Counted from the stretch's first letter, positions 17,561 through 27,531 are shown. The stretch: 64,000 bases of DNA from Deltaproteobacteria bacterium (GCA_040218735.1 JAVJQW010000023.1:448001-512000); one strand, 5' to 3'. Notes: a model not told the origin generated them from the sequence alone. Numbers and translations: made by a program.

Positions 17561-17715
17561 GGCGAACGCGCTCCGACTCACCGGTTGGGCCTGGCCGGTC
17601 CTACGTCGAACGGCGTAGTGGAGGCCAGGCGACGAACCGTTCTACTCATCACGCAACCCTGGAGGAGCCCCAGAGCCGAGGTTCGAAGACCTCGCGATAC
17701 TCGGAGCGCGCCGCC
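17561..17715 (-). ncRNA. retron msr-msd non-coding RNA
   Basis: Perfect 10-bp a1/a2 inverted repeat CGCGCTCCGA (17567-17576) / TCGGAGCGCG (17701-17710); minus-strand G at 17700 next to the stem; msr hairpins 17677-17694 and 17657-17675; msd hairpin 17589-17630, extendable to 17582-17639; lies immediately 5' of the RT. Confidence 0.82.
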
Positions 17716-17758
17716 GCCGGGGAGCCTACCGCATCTGTCCCGGTTGCGTCGTACCGCG

Positions 17759-18409
17759 TCAGGGGCGCGTCGCGATCCAGATGACGTGGTCGCTCCGGTC
17801 GAGGCCGCCGGAGCGCACGATCTCGACGCGTACGCCGAAGCCGCGTGACTCCAGCCGCGCCGTGAATGCGTCGTTGGGTTGCGCGGACCACACCGCGAGG
17901 ACGCCGCCGGGCTGGAGCGCGTCGAACGCCGCGTCGAGGCCCGACGTCGCGTAGAGGTGATCGTTATCCGCGCGCGTGAGGCCTTCAGGGCCGTTGTCGA
18001 CGTCGAGGAGGATGACGTCCCACTTCGCCGACCGCATCACGACGCCGACGTCGTCGGTCACGACGGTCACGCGCGGATCGTCGAGCGCGCGGTTCGACAC
18101 GACACCGAGGGGACCCTGGTTCCAGCGAACGACGGCCGGCACGAGCTCCGCGACGTGGACCCGCGCGTCTTCGCCGAGCTGGTCCAGCGCGGCGCGGAGC
18201 GTGAGCCCCATACCTAGACCACCGATCAAGATCAAACGGGTGTCCGCCGTGCACGTGAGCCGTGCGAGGGCGAGCTCGGAGTCGTGCACGCGCGAGTCCA
18301 TCAGGCGTCGGTGGTCGATGAAGATGGCGAAGTCGTCGTCGCGACGGTGCAGCGACAACACCCCCTCGCCCCCGGGCACGGGCGAGGAATCGATCAGCTC
18401 CCAGACCAC
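17759..18409 (-). CDS. spermidine synthase-like SAM-dependent methyltransferase
   Basis: LMDSR.H.SE, LIGGLGMGLT, AELVPAV, DVILLDVDNGP, GGVLAVWS. Confidence 0.85.
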   Translation of the reverse strand: MVWELIDSSPVPGGEGVLSLHRRDDDFAIFIDHRRLMDSRVHDSELALARLTCTADTRLILIGGLGMGLTLRAALDQLGEDARVHVAELVPAVVRWNQGPLGVVSNRALDDPRVTVVTDDVGVVMRSAKWDVILLDVDNGPEGLTRADNDHLYATSGLDAAFDALQPGGVLAVWSAQPNDAFTARLESRGFGVRVEIVRSGGLDRSDHVIWIATRP

Positions 18410-18442
18410 CCGGCGGAACTTACACCGTCCGGCTCCGGTCGG

Positions 18443-19351
18443 TCAGGCCGGTTGAGCTGCGCCGGCGCGGTAGAACGCGGGCGCTTCGCCGACGGCGCGT
18501 TTGAACGCACGCGAGAAAGCGAACTCCGACGTGTACCCCACACGTTCGGCGATCTGGGCGAGGGTGTCGTCCGTGGTGCGGAGCAGCTCGGCGCCGCGCG
18601 CCATCCGCAGGCGCGTGAGGTAGCCGAGCGGCGTGTCGCCGAGTGTGTCGCGGAAGCGACGCGCAAACGCCGGCCGCGACATCGTCGCGACGCGGGCGAG
18701 CGACGTGACGGACCAGGACGCCTCCGGCTGCTCGTGCATCGCCGCGAGGGAGCGCGCGAGCCGCTTGTCGCGCATCGCGCCGACCCACCCCGAGTCGGGC
18801 GCCTCGTTCTCGACCCAGTGGCGGACGACGTAGACGAGGAACGCCTCGAGGAGCAGCTCGACGACCGCGGACCGCCCCGGCGACTCGTCGCGGAGCTCGG
18901 CGAGCAACAGTCGCAGACAGGGCGACAGCGAGGGGCAGCACTGGATGATCTCCGCGCGGATGTGAATGAGCTCCGGCATCTCGCGGAGGAGCGGGTGAAG
19001 ACCGCGCAGGTCAGAGCCGAGCTTCTGGGCGGCGCACACGATGCGTGCGTTGACCGGCACGTCGTGGGTCGGCGCGGCCGCGAGGAACTGGTCGAGGGGC
19101 TGGGCGCGCCGGCGCGGAGCATCGGCGATCGTGTGCTTCGCGCCGCGCGGGAGGAGCGCGACGTCGCCTTGCAAGAGCTTCACGGCGGGGTCGCGTCCGA
19201 CGCGCAACCAACATTCGCCGCTCTCGACGAAGTGCAGGCCGGCCGTGGCGCCACCGTCGAGCTGAACGCCCCAGGCGCCCCGATACTCGTGTCGGCTGAG
19301 GATGACCGGCTTGGAGCCGCCGCGGAGGATGTCGCTCAAGACGTCCATCAT
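18443..19351 (-). CDS. AraC family transcriptional regulator (cupin + HTH)
   Basis: MDVLSDIL start, LHFVESGECWL, WSVTSLA..MSRPAFARRF, VGYTSEFAFSRAFKR; divergent from the NmrA-like gene. Confidence 0.93.
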   Translation of the reverse strand: MMDVLSDILRGGSKPVILSRHEYRGAWGVQLDGGATAGLHFVESGECWLRVGRDPAVKLLQGDVALLPRGAKHTIADAPRRRAQPLDQFLAAAPTHDVPVNARIVCAAQKLGSDLRGLHPLLREMPELIHIRAEIIQCCPSLSPCLRLLLAELRDESPGRSAVVELLLEAFLVYVVRHWVENEAPDSGWVGAMRDKRLARSLAAMHEQPEASWSVTSLARVATMSRPAFARRFRDTLGDTPLGYLTRLRMARGAELLRTTDDTLAQIAERVGYTSEFAFSRAFKRAVGEAPAFYRAGAAQPA

Positions 19352-19478
19352 TTGACGATGTCAGCGGCATCACCGTTTGTCTACGCGTTGAGCGTTCTGG
19401 ATAGGCCGACGCGAGCCTCGAACATGGTCGACCTCGACCGCGGCGCCTAACTTCGAGGCACAAAGGAGCCACACTGAA

Positions 19479-20336
19479 ATGACCAAGATTCTCGTCCTAG
19501 GTTCAACCGGAACGGTCGGCGCCGGCCTCGTGGAGGGCCTCGTCGCGCGCGGCGCCGACGTTCGCGCCGCGACACGCAGCCCCGGCGGCTACGCAGGCCC
19601 GCGCGGTGCGACCCCCGTCGCGTTCGATGCGACCAACCCCGAGACGTACGGACAGGCGCTCGACGGCGTCGACCGTGTGTTCCTCCTCTCGCCTCCCGGC
19701 CACGCCGACGCCCACGCGCTCCTCGCGCCCGTCGTCGAGGCGAGCGTGGCCGCGGGTGTGAAGCGCATCGTCACGATGACGGCGATGGGCGTCGACGCCA
19801 GCGACGAGATCCCGCTGCGGCGTCTGGAGCTCGCGGTCGAAGCGACCGGCGTCCCGTTCGCGCATCTGCGACCGAACTGGTTCGATCAGAACTTCCACAC
19901 GTTCTGGTACGAGCCGATCGCCAAGGCCGGCGTCATCCCGCTCCCCGCCGCGGACGCCAAGACCTCGTTCATCGATGCTCGCGACATCTCGGCCTCCGCC
20001 GTCGCCGCGCTCCTCGACGAAGGTGTCACGCAGAAGGCGTACACACTGACCGGCCCCGCGGCGCTAACCTACGCCGAGGCCGCGGCGATCCTCTCGAACG
20101 TCGGCGGACGGACGATCCAGTACGTGGACACGGACGAGGGGACGTTCGCGGAGAACCTCTCCGGAGCGGGGCTGCCGAGCGACTACGCCCAGCTGCTCGT
20201 CGGCCTCTTCCAGGTCGTGCGCGCGGGCGCGGCTGCCCCGGTGACCGGCGACGTGGAGCGGCTGACGAAGTCGAAGCCGCGCAGCGTCCGCCAGTACGCG
20301 CAGGACCACGCCGAAAAGTTCCGCACGCAGCTCTGA
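19479..20336 (+). CDS. NmrA-like NAD(P)H-binding oxidoreductase
   Basis: ILVLGSTGTVG Rossmann motif, LRPNWFDQN, FIDARDI; AAGGAG RBS. Confidence 0.9.
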   Translation: MTKILVLGSTGTVGAGLVEGLVARGADVRAATRSPGGYAGPRGATPVAFDATNPETYGQALDGVDRVFLLSPPGHADAHALLAPVVEASVAAGVKRIVTMTAMGVDASDEIPLRRLELAVEATGVPFAHLRPNWFDQNFHTFWYEPIAKAGVIPLPAADAKTSFIDARDISASAVAALLDEGVTQKAYTLTGPAALTYAEAAAILSNVGGRTIQYVDTDEGTFAENLSGAGLPSDYAQLLVGLFQVVRAGAAAPVTGDVERLTKSKPRSVRQYAQDHAEKFRTQL

Positions 20337-20381
20337 ACGCCCCGCTTGGCACCGACCAGGGCGCCGTGGTGAAAAGAGGCG

Positions 20382-22994
20382 GTGGCGTGTCCGTTGCGAG
20401 CGTTGTGGCCGTTGGCGTTGGTGTCGTGCGGCGCGCCGGACGCGATCGTCGTCGTCGTGGATGCAGAAGCGGCAGTGCTCGCCGACCTCCGATCGGTCGC
20501 CGTGTCGATCGGCGGCGGCGAGGCCCCGCCCGAGCGGTTCAGCTTCACGGTACGTGACACGCCGCCCGACTGTCTCCCACTCTTGTTCGCCGTCGAGCGC
20601 GACGTCGCCGACGCGGTCGAGATCGAGATCGTCGGCAACCCGGACAGCAGCACCGAGCTCACGCAGCGAATCCGAACGGAGTTCCGGTCGGGCCTCAATA
20701 CGCTGAACGTCACGTTGCCCGCGACGTGCCTCACGAGCGCGGGGTGCCCGGACATCTCCGCCGCGCCGCTCGAAGACACCACCGCCGAAGAGGTCGACCG
20801 GCGCGTGCGCAACCGCGTCTGCCGCGTCGTCCCGAGCGCCGTGGAGTGCATCGAGTCCGGGGGCTGCTACGAGGACGCGACGACCCCCGAATGCAAGCAG
20901 ACTTGCACGGCTCCGCCCCCGATCGATGAGCCGGACGCTCCCGCGCCCCCGGCGCTGCCCGCACCCGTCGTCGTCGAGCCCTGCCCCGCGGGGTGGTCCG
21001 TCGAGGACGGCGCCTGTACGCCGTGGCCCGCAGACGTCCGTGCGTGCGCCGCCGGGACGTTCCGCATCCCTGGCGCGGCGACCTGCCGACCGTTGGGCGC
21101 GTGTGACGCGCCGTGGCCGTCCGACGCACCGGCCGGCGCCATCTACGTTCAGCCGGGCGCCTCCGGTACGGGCACACGCGCGGCCCCGTACGGTTCGATC
21201 GAAGCCGCGCTGGTTCGCGCGGGCTCGGGCGCGACCATCGTGCTCTCCATCGGGACGCACACCCTCGGTCGCGCCATCACGCTCTCGTCCGATCTCACCG
21301 TGCGCGGCGCCTGCGCCGCGGAGACGATCGTGACCGGTGCGTCGTTGTCCGTCGTCGACGCAGACATCACGTTCGAACGACTCACGCTGGACACCGTCTC
21401 GTCGACGGGCGGCACGCTGCGCCTCGAAGACGTGATCGTTCGCGGCGTCGGCGTGGAGGGCGGTGCGGTCGCGCTCGAGGGCGTCGCAGTGCTCGGCACC
21501 GGTGTCACGCTCACCGATGCGCGCGGAACGCTCGCTGGCGTCGTCGGAGCCGGTCCGCTCGATCTGACCTCCACCACCGTCGACGCGGCCGACGTCGCGT
21601 GGGACGGAGGCCTCCGTGTCGACGACGCGAGCAGGGCGGTCGTCCTCCGGAGCTTGCTGCAATCGACCGGCGCGCACGTCGACGGGGAAGGGACGTTCAC
21701 GGACGTCGCCTGGCGCAACGTAAACGGCACGGCGCTGAGCGCCTCCAACGCGACCGTCACCGTGTCACGCGCCTCGCTCCGCGACGTCGACGGCGACGCG
21801 ATCCACCACGAGGGCGGCGCCCTTCACCTCACCGACGTCCAGCTCCTCGACATCCGCTTCACCGACGACGAGCGCGGCCGCGGCATCGACGCGGTCGACA
21901 CCACGAGCGTGCTCGAACGCGTCACGATCCGAAGGTCCGCGGGATACGGGGCACGGTTCGAAGGAGGCGTCGCCACGGTCACCGATCTCATCGTCGACAC
22001 GACGACCGGAGATCGCGCCGCAGAGACCGGGACGGCGCTCGGCACCATCTCCTCGTCGGTCACCCTCACGCGCGCGGCGTTCACGAACGTTCGCCACGCC
22101 GGCGCGTTCTTGCGCGGGGGCTCCGTACGTATCGAAGACCTGTCGATCGACGGCGTCGCGGAGGACGGGAACGGCGGCAACGGTCGCGGCGTCCACGTCG
22201 AGCGCGGCGCCATCGTCACCGTGCGGCGCGCGAAGATCGAACGCGCGCACTACCGAGCGGTGAGCGTCCAGTCCAGCGGCCCGCCCGGCGCGTACCTCGA
22301 GCTCACCGACGTCACGGTCGCCGACACCCTCGGCAGCACGTCGAACGAAGGCCACGGCGTCGGGCTGTTCGTGTCCGGCACCGAGAGCTCCGCTTCGGTG
22401 CTGCGCGGCGTCTTCGCCGGCAGCCACCGCGCCAACGTCGAGGTCATCGGAGGGCGCGTCGACCTCGACCACGTGCGCACCGTCGACGGTCGGCCCCACC
22501 GACGCATCATCCGCGCTCCCAACCAGACCTCGGAGATCGACTTCGGTGGGTTCGGCCTGCTCGTGCAGGGCGACGGCATGGTCGTCGGCGAACGGTTCCT
22601 CGCAGAGGACAACCGAGACGCCGCGATTCTCGCGATCAACGCGGACCCGAACCGGACCGCCTCGCTCGACCTCACCGACGTCATCCTGCGCGGCACCACC
22701 GCCATCGGGGACGCGAAGACGTACAACATGTTCGGCGCGGGTCTCGCCGTGGCGCCCGGAACGACGACGATCGTTCGTCGCTTCTCGATCGACGACAACT
22801 TCGGAGCCGGCGTGCGCTACACCGGCATCGTCGGCTCGCCGGCCCCCGAGCTGGACCTCGAAGACGGCATCGTCTCCAACAACGGCGTCGGCCTCCTCGT
22901 GCAGCTCCCCGAGTACGACGTCCAACGCGCAGCGGTGCGCGTACAGTACCGAGACAACGCTTCGACGCTCCTCGTCGAGCACCCCGGCGAATGA
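20382..22994 (+). CDS. Cys-rich lipoprotein with right-handed beta-helix (pectin-lyase-like) repeats
   Basis: Lipobox LVSC; IYVQPGASGTGTRAAPYGSIEAAL (DUF1565-like); repeated GxGxxV / LTDV coils. Confidence 0.75.
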   Translation: MACPLRALWPLALVSCGAPDAIVVVVDAEAAVLADLRSVAVSIGGGEAPPERFSFTVRDTPPDCLPLLFAVERDVADAVEIEIVGNPDSSTELTQRIRTEFRSGLNTLNVTLPATCLTSAGCPDISAAPLEDTTAEEVDRRVRNRVCRVVPSAVECIESGGCYEDATTPECKQTCTAPPPIDEPDAPAPPALPAPVVVEPCPAGWSVEDGACTPWPADVRACAAGTFRIPGAATCRPLGACDAPWPSDAPAGAIYVQPGASGTGTRAAPYGSIEAALVRAGSGATIVLSIGTHTLGRAITLSSDLTVRGACAAETIVTGASLSVVDADITFERLTLDTVSSTGGTLRLEDVIVRGVGVEGGAVALEGVAVLGTGVTLTDARGTLAGVVGAGPLDLTSTTVDAADVAWDGGLRVDDASRAVVLRSLLQSTGAHVDGEGTFTDVAWRNVNGTALSASNATVTVSRASLRDVDGDAIHHEGGALHLTDVQLLDIRFTDDERGRGIDAVDTTSVLERVTIRRSAGYGARFEGGVATVTDLIVDTTTGDRAAETGTALGTISSSVTLTRAAFTNVRHAGAFLRGGSVRIEDLSIDGVAEDGNGGNGRGVHVERGAIVTVRRAKIERAHYRAVSVQSSGPPGAYLELTDVTVADTLGSTSNEGHGVGLFVSGTESSASVLRGVFAGSHRANVEVIGGRVDLDHVRTVDGRPHRRIIRAPNQTSEIDFGGFGLLVQGDGMVVGERFLAEDNRDAAILAINADPNRTASLDLTDVILRGTTAIGDAKTYNMFGAGLAVAPGTTTIVRRFSIDDNFGAGVRYTGIVGSPAPELDLEDGIVSNNGVGLLVQLPEYDVQRAAVRVQYRDNASTLLVEHPGE

Positions 22995-23000
22995 ACCGCG

Positions 23001-23936
23001 TCAGGCGGCGGTCATCGCCTCCGACACCCGCCACAATCGCTCCGCGTTCGCGGGGTCGATCGCGTAGGACCGCACGAGTCGCATCCCTCGCGCTTCGTCG
23101 TCGACCTCACACGTCTGGCAATCCGCGAAGTACAGGCCGCCCTTGCCTTCGAGCTCGGGGTGCGCCGCCGCGTAGACACTCGTCGCGGCGCCCTGCTCCA
23201 CGGTCTTGACGGCGCCGGGGAGCGCCGAGAAACGTTCGAACATCGCGGCGAGCTCGTCCTCGGTGAGGTGGCGGACGAGGTTCGTCTGAATGACGCCGGG
23301 GTGCGCGGCGAACGCGCGGACGCCGCGATCGCGATAGCGACGGTCGAGCTCGACCGTGAAGAGGATGTTCGCCGTCTTCGACTGCCCGTACGCGTCCCAC
23401 TTCTCGTAGGGCGTGCGTTCGTAAGCGAGGTCGTCGAAGTGCACGGCGCCGCGCTGGTGCGCCGAAGAGCTGAGGTTGACCACGCGTGCCGCCGTCGACT
23501 TCTCGAGCGCGGGGAGGAGCAACGTCGTGAGCAAGAAGTGGCCGAGGTGGTTGATGCCGAAGTGCGTCTCGAAGCCGTCCTCGGTGCTGCCCTTCGGACA
23601 CGCCATGACCCCGGCGTTGGCGATCAACACGTCGAGCCGGTCGAACGTTTCGAGGAACCTCGCACCGAACGCTCGGACGCTCGCCAGCGATCCGAGCTCG
23701 ACCGTCTCGTACTCGACGTCGCGGCCCGCGGCCGCGACGATCGCCTCGGCGGCGCTGCGCCCCTTCGCATCGTCGCGCGCGGTGATGATGACGTCGGCAC
23801 CCACCGCGGCGAGCGCCCGTGCGGTCTCGGCGCCCAGCCCGCTGTTGCCCCCGGTGACGAGGATACGGCGGCCCGACAGATCGAGGCCGGCGAGGACTTC
23901 GTCGGCGGTGGTGGTGTGGTCGAAGCCGTTGGCCAT
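23001..23936 (-). CDS. SDR family oxidoreductase (retinol dehydrogenase-like)
   Basis: Start reassigned to MANGF at 23936; VTGGNSGLG, NAGVM, NHLGHF, YGQSK, HPG. Confidence 0.93.
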   Translation of the reverse strand: MANGFDHTTTADEVLAGLDLSGRRILVTGGNSGLGAETARALAAVGADVIITARDDAKGRSAAEAIVAAAGRDVEYETVELGSLASVRAFGARFLETFDRLDVLIANAGVMACPKGSTEDGFETHFGINHLGHFLLTTLLLPALEKSTAARVVNLSSSAHQRGAVHFDDLAYERTPYEKWDAYGQSKTANILFTVELDRRYRDRGVRAFAAHPGVIQTNLVRHLTEDELAAMFERFSALPGAVKTVEQGAATSVYAAAHPELEGKGGLYFADCQTCEVDDEARGMRLVRSYAIDPANAERLWRVSEAMTAA

Positions 23937-23982
23937 GCGCGGAGTATGGCAAAGTCCGCGAGACGTGCCATGCTCCCGCGCC

Positions 23983-25131
23983 ATGCGCTTCACCCCGGCT
24001 CTCCTGCTCTGTCTCACCGCGTGCGCGAGCGCTGCGAAGACGGAGGCGCAACCGAGCACGTCGAAGGCCACGGCCCTCCCGAACCCCGAGCGGATCCTCT
24101 TCTGGACGCCCGAGGAGCAGAAGGTCGGCTACCAGAGCGTCGAGCGCCTCGGCCCGACGCGCACCGTCGCGGCGGCGGAGACGGCGTCCGAGCTCCCCGC
24201 GGGGGACCCGCTGCCCTCCATTCAGTATACCGTGGACGGCAAGACGTTCGACACGGATGGGTTCGTCGCGCACAACCACGTGGTCGGGCTGTTGGTCATC
24301 AAGGACGGTCGCGTGGTGCTCGAACGCTACGAGGGTGGCAACGACGCGAACACCCGGTGGATCTCGTTCTCGGTGACGAAGTCGATCGTCTCGCTCCTGA
24401 TCGGGGCAGCGGTAAAGGACGGCAAGATCGGTTCGGTGAACGACCCGGTCACGAAGTACCTCCCGAACCTCGCCGGCTCCGCGTACGACGGCGTGACGGT
24501 GGAGAACGTGCTGCAGATGGCGTCCGGGGTGGAGTGGAACGAGGACTACGCGGATCCCGAGTCGGACATCGGCAAGACCGCACGCTTCACGGCGCCCGAG
24601 CACCTCGCCTACCTCGCATCGAAGCCGCGCGCGGCGGAGCCCGGCACGAAGTTCAACTACAACACCGGGGAGACGCACCTCGTCGGCGCGATGCTTCGTT
24701 CGGCGATCGGCGGCGACCTGGCGCCGTACCTGTCGGAGAAGATCTGGAAGCCGTTCGGCATGCAGCGCGACGCGGTGTGGCCGCTCCTCGAGAAGGACGG
24801 CGCGGAGCACGGCGGCTGCTGCCTCGCGGCGACCCTCCGGGACTACGGCCGCGTTGGGATGTTCACGCTCGCGAGCGGCGACGCACTCCCCGCCGACTGG
24901 ATGAAGCAGTCCACGACCCCCTCGAAGGGGTACCCGGGCTACGGCTACCTGTGGTGGCTGAAGGACGGGACCTACGCGGCCGCGGGGATCTTCGGCCAGT
25001 CGATCTGGGTGAGCCCGCAGGATGGGTTGGTCATCGCGTCCCACAGCATGTGGCCGAAGGCGGTGGGTAAAGAATTCACCGGCCACCGCGCGGCGTTCTT
25101 CGGGGCGGTCGCGGCGGCGCTCCGCAAGTAA
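23983..25131 (+). CDS. serine hydrolase (class C beta-lactamase / AmpC-like)
   Basis: Start reassigned to MRFTPALL; SVTK (SxxK), FNYNT, YGYLWW, AAGIFGQ. Confidence 0.9.
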   Translation: MRFTPALLLCLTACASAAKTEAQPSTSKATALPNPERILFWTPEEQKVGYQSVERLGPTRTVAAAETASELPAGDPLPSIQYTVDGKTFDTDGFVAHNHVVGLLVIKDGRVVLERYEGGNDANTRWISFSVTKSIVSLLIGAAVKDGKIGSVNDPVTKYLPNLAGSAYDGVTVENVLQMASGVEWNEDYADPESDIGKTARFTAPEHLAYLASKPRAAEPGTKFNYNTGETHLVGAMLRSAIGGDLAPYLSEKIWKPFGMQRDAVWPLLEKDGAEHGGCCLAATLRDYGRVGMFTLASGDALPADWMKQSTTPSKGYPGYGYLWWLKDGTYAAAGIFGQSIWVSPQDGLVIASHSMWPKAVGKEFTGHRAAFFGAVAAALRK

Positions 25132-25152
25132 CGCCGGTACGATAGCGAGGGA

Positions 25153-26232
25153 ATGATGATGCAGATCCACCGTTGGTGTTGGCTCCTTCTCTTCCTGGCC
25201 GTGGCTGGCTGCGGCACCGGCGACGACGATGTGATCGACCGCGATGGGGGAGCAGCGACGCACGACGGTGGTGAAACGCGCGACGCCGGCGTTGGCGACG
25301 GCGGCCCACGAGACGCGGGCGCGAGGGACGCGGGCTTCTACGACGGCGGACCACGAGACGCAGGCGGCACCGACGCCGGAGACCGCGACGCGGGCCCTGG
25401 CGACGGCGGCCCACGAGACGCGGGCGGCACCGACGCAGGTCCGCACGACGCAGGCGCCAACGACGCCGGGTCCACGGACGCCGGTTTCCGCGACGGCGGT
25501 GTCCGCGATGGCGGACCACGCGACGCAGGCTGCACCCCGACGGGCGCCGAGGTGTGCGACGACATCGACAACGACTGTAACGGCCTCACCGACGACCTGG
25601 ACGTCGGCGGCGACGGCATCTACGACTGCCTCTCGATCGCGATCCTCGGCGCACCCGGCGTGCACCCGACCTCCAACTTCGAGGCGTGGCTCAGCTCGAA
25701 CGGCGTCACGGTCGTGCGACTACAGGCGACGGGCACCGCGTCGATCTCGGCGTCAACACTCGCCCCCTACGACATCGTGATCGTCGACCGACTCATTCGT
25801 AACTACCAGCCCGCGGAGGCTGCGCACGTCGAGGCGTGGGTCGCGGGCGGCGGTGGGTTGATGGCCATGAGCGGTTACACCGGAGCGGCGTCGGACATCG
25901 ATCGTCCGAACTCACTCCTCTTGGACGTCGGTGTCTCGTACGTCTCTGGTCTACTGAATGGACCGGTCACGACCTTCGTGCCACACGCAATCACGAGCAG
26001 CATCACGTCGGTCACCTTCAACGGTGGCTTCCGCGTCGCCGCGACAGCACCCGGCGCCCAATTCGTCGCGTCCCTCGCGTCGGGCCCCGTGGCCGTGGTC
26101 GACGAGCGGGGCGCAGGCCGGGTGTTCCTGTGGGGCGACGAGTGGATCGAGTTCAACTCGGTCTGGCAGGGTGATCCGGACGTTCCGCTGCTGTGGGCGA
26201 ACATCCTGGGTTGGCTGGCGCACTTCAGGTAG
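25153..26232 (+). CDS. lipoprotein with long DAG/DGG linker, Cys/Asp metal-binding motif and GATase-like domain
   Basis: Lipobox VAGC; EVCDDIDNDCNGLTDD; WVAGGGGLM and GRVFLWGDEW. Confidence 0.75.
   Translation: MMMQIHRWCWLLLFLAVAGCGTGDDDVIDRDGGAATHDGGETRDAGVGDGGPRDAGARDAGFYDGGPRDAGGTDAGDRDAGPGDGGPRDAGGTDAGPHDAGANDAGSTDAGFRDGGVRDGGPRDAGCTPTGAEVCDDIDNDCNGLTDDLDVGGDGIYDCLSIAILGAPGVHPTSNFEAWLSSNGVTVVRLQATGTASISASTLAPYDIVIVDRLIRNYQPAEAAHVEAWVAGGGGLMAMSGYTGAASDIDRPNSLLLDVGVSYVSGLLNGPVTTFVPHAITSSITSVTFNGGFRVAATAPGAQFVASLASGPVAVVDERGAGRVFLWGDEWIEFNSVWQGDPDVPLLWANILGWLAHFR
25240..25530 (+). repeat. degenerate ~15-bp tandem repeat encoding xxDAG/xxDGG
   Basis: GA(C/T)GGCGG(C/A)CCACG(A/C)GACGC(G/A)GGC recurs four times; protein reads DGGPRDAG repeatedly. 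Confidence 0.85.
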
Positions 26233-26237
26233 CGCGG

Positions 26238-27455
26238 CTAGTCACAAACCTCGATGGGTTCGAAGGTCGCGTACCCGATCGCGTAGGTGGACGCGTCGAC
26301 CAGCGCGTAGTTCCACGCGAGGATGCCGTCTTCGAACGCCACGCCCTGCGCGGGTGAGATCGAGTCGCAGCAATCACACGGCGGGCCGACCTCGGCGACG
26401 ACCGTCTCGAGGTCTTCGTCCGGATCCCAGAGTCGGACGGTACCGGTGCCAACGCCGCGGCAGAGTGCGTCGGGATTGTCGAAGTGCACGTACGCGACGA
26501 GCCCATTGGAGAGTCGCGCCATCGTGATGATGCCGACTTCAGGGTCGCGCTCGAAGCGCTCGCCGTCGATCAAGACTTCGATCGACGCACCATGATTCTG
26601 CCCCGGCGGTGCACACGTCGAGACGAAATCCCCCGCGTCCACGTCGCGGAGCCGACAGCCCGCCGAGCCGCCGAGGACTTCCGTCTGCTGCGTGCTCAGG
26701 TCGAAGCGCGAGACGCGATCGCCCGTGAAGTACAGCGCGCCGCCGGTGAGGAGCGGCGGCGCGACGTAGGCCCCGCGCGGCGTGAGCGAGCGCCGGCCCG
26801 ACGCGACGTCGACGACCTCGATCGCGCGCCCTTGGCCAGAGCCGCCCTCCGCGAAGAACGCGACGTGCCCCGAACCGAACACCGCGTTGAAGGCCGCGGA
26901 CGGTCCACCGATAAGGTACGGCCGACGACCGGGTGTCCACGCGCGGAGCCCTTCGCTCGAATAGACGATCCCCGTCCGATCGATCAGCTGCCGCTCGGCG
27001 CCCAGGCCGCTCCCGTAGGGGCGTGGATCGAACGGTACGCCCGCGATCTGCTCGGTGCCGACGTCCGGGTGCTCGAAGAAGAGCGTCAGCCCGTCGGACG
27101 TGTGCTCGGTCCACGCGACCGCGCCGTCGCGTGCGTCGACGAGGCGCCGGTGACTTCGCTCCGCCCGGAAGGGGGATGAGATCTCGGTGTCGACGTCGAT
27201 GACCGCGATCCCATCGAGCTGGCCACGCGCGAAGGCGTGGTAGACCCGGCCGCCGCTGACGTACGGTGCATCGATGTACGCGTCGGTCACGATGCGAACG
27301 TTGGGCTCGTAGCGAACGATTCGGCAGGTGGGCTCGGGCGTCGTCGGATTCGTAGGCGTCGTCGGCGTGGTGGTGTTCGGGTCGACGCGACGCAGCGGCT
27401 CGGACCGACCACAGCTCACGAGCGTCAGAGCGAGGAGGAGGCAGAGGTGACGCAT
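26238..27455 (-). CDS. hypothetical lipoprotein (probable beta-propeller)
   Basis: Start reassigned to MRHLCLLL; lipobox LVSC; PT-rich linker. Confidence 0.7.
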   Translation of the reverse strand: MRHLCLLLALTLVSCGRSEPLRRVDPNTTTPTTPTNPTTPEPTCRIVRYEPNVRIVTDAYIDAPYVSGGRVYHAFARGQLDGIAVIDVDTEISSPFRAERSHRRLVDARDGAVAWTEHTSDGLTLFFEHPDVGTEQIAGVPFDPRPYGSGLGAERQLIDRTGIVYSSEGLRAWTPGRRPYLIGGPSAAFNAVFGSGHVAFFAEGGSGQGRAIEVVDVASGRRSLTPRGAYVAPPLLTGGALYFTGDRVSRFDLSTQQTEVLGGSAGCRLRDVDAGDFVSTCAPPGQNHGASIEVLIDGERFERDPEVGIITMARLSNGLVAYVHFDNPDALCRGVGTGTVRLWDPDEDLETVVAEVGPPCDCCDSISPAQGVAFEDGILAWNYALVDASTYAIGYATFEPIEVCD

Positions 27456-27531
27456 CTCGAGCCCATGGTACACGCCCCGCCCGCTCGCGCTACGGTGACG
27501 CGGCGCAGAACGCGTGGTATCGGCGCGATTC

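Noticed and set aside
23983-25131. Antibiotic-resistance beta-lactamase
   Set aside because: SxxK and YNT pattern fits the broad AmpC-like esterase/amidase family; resistance cannot be inferred
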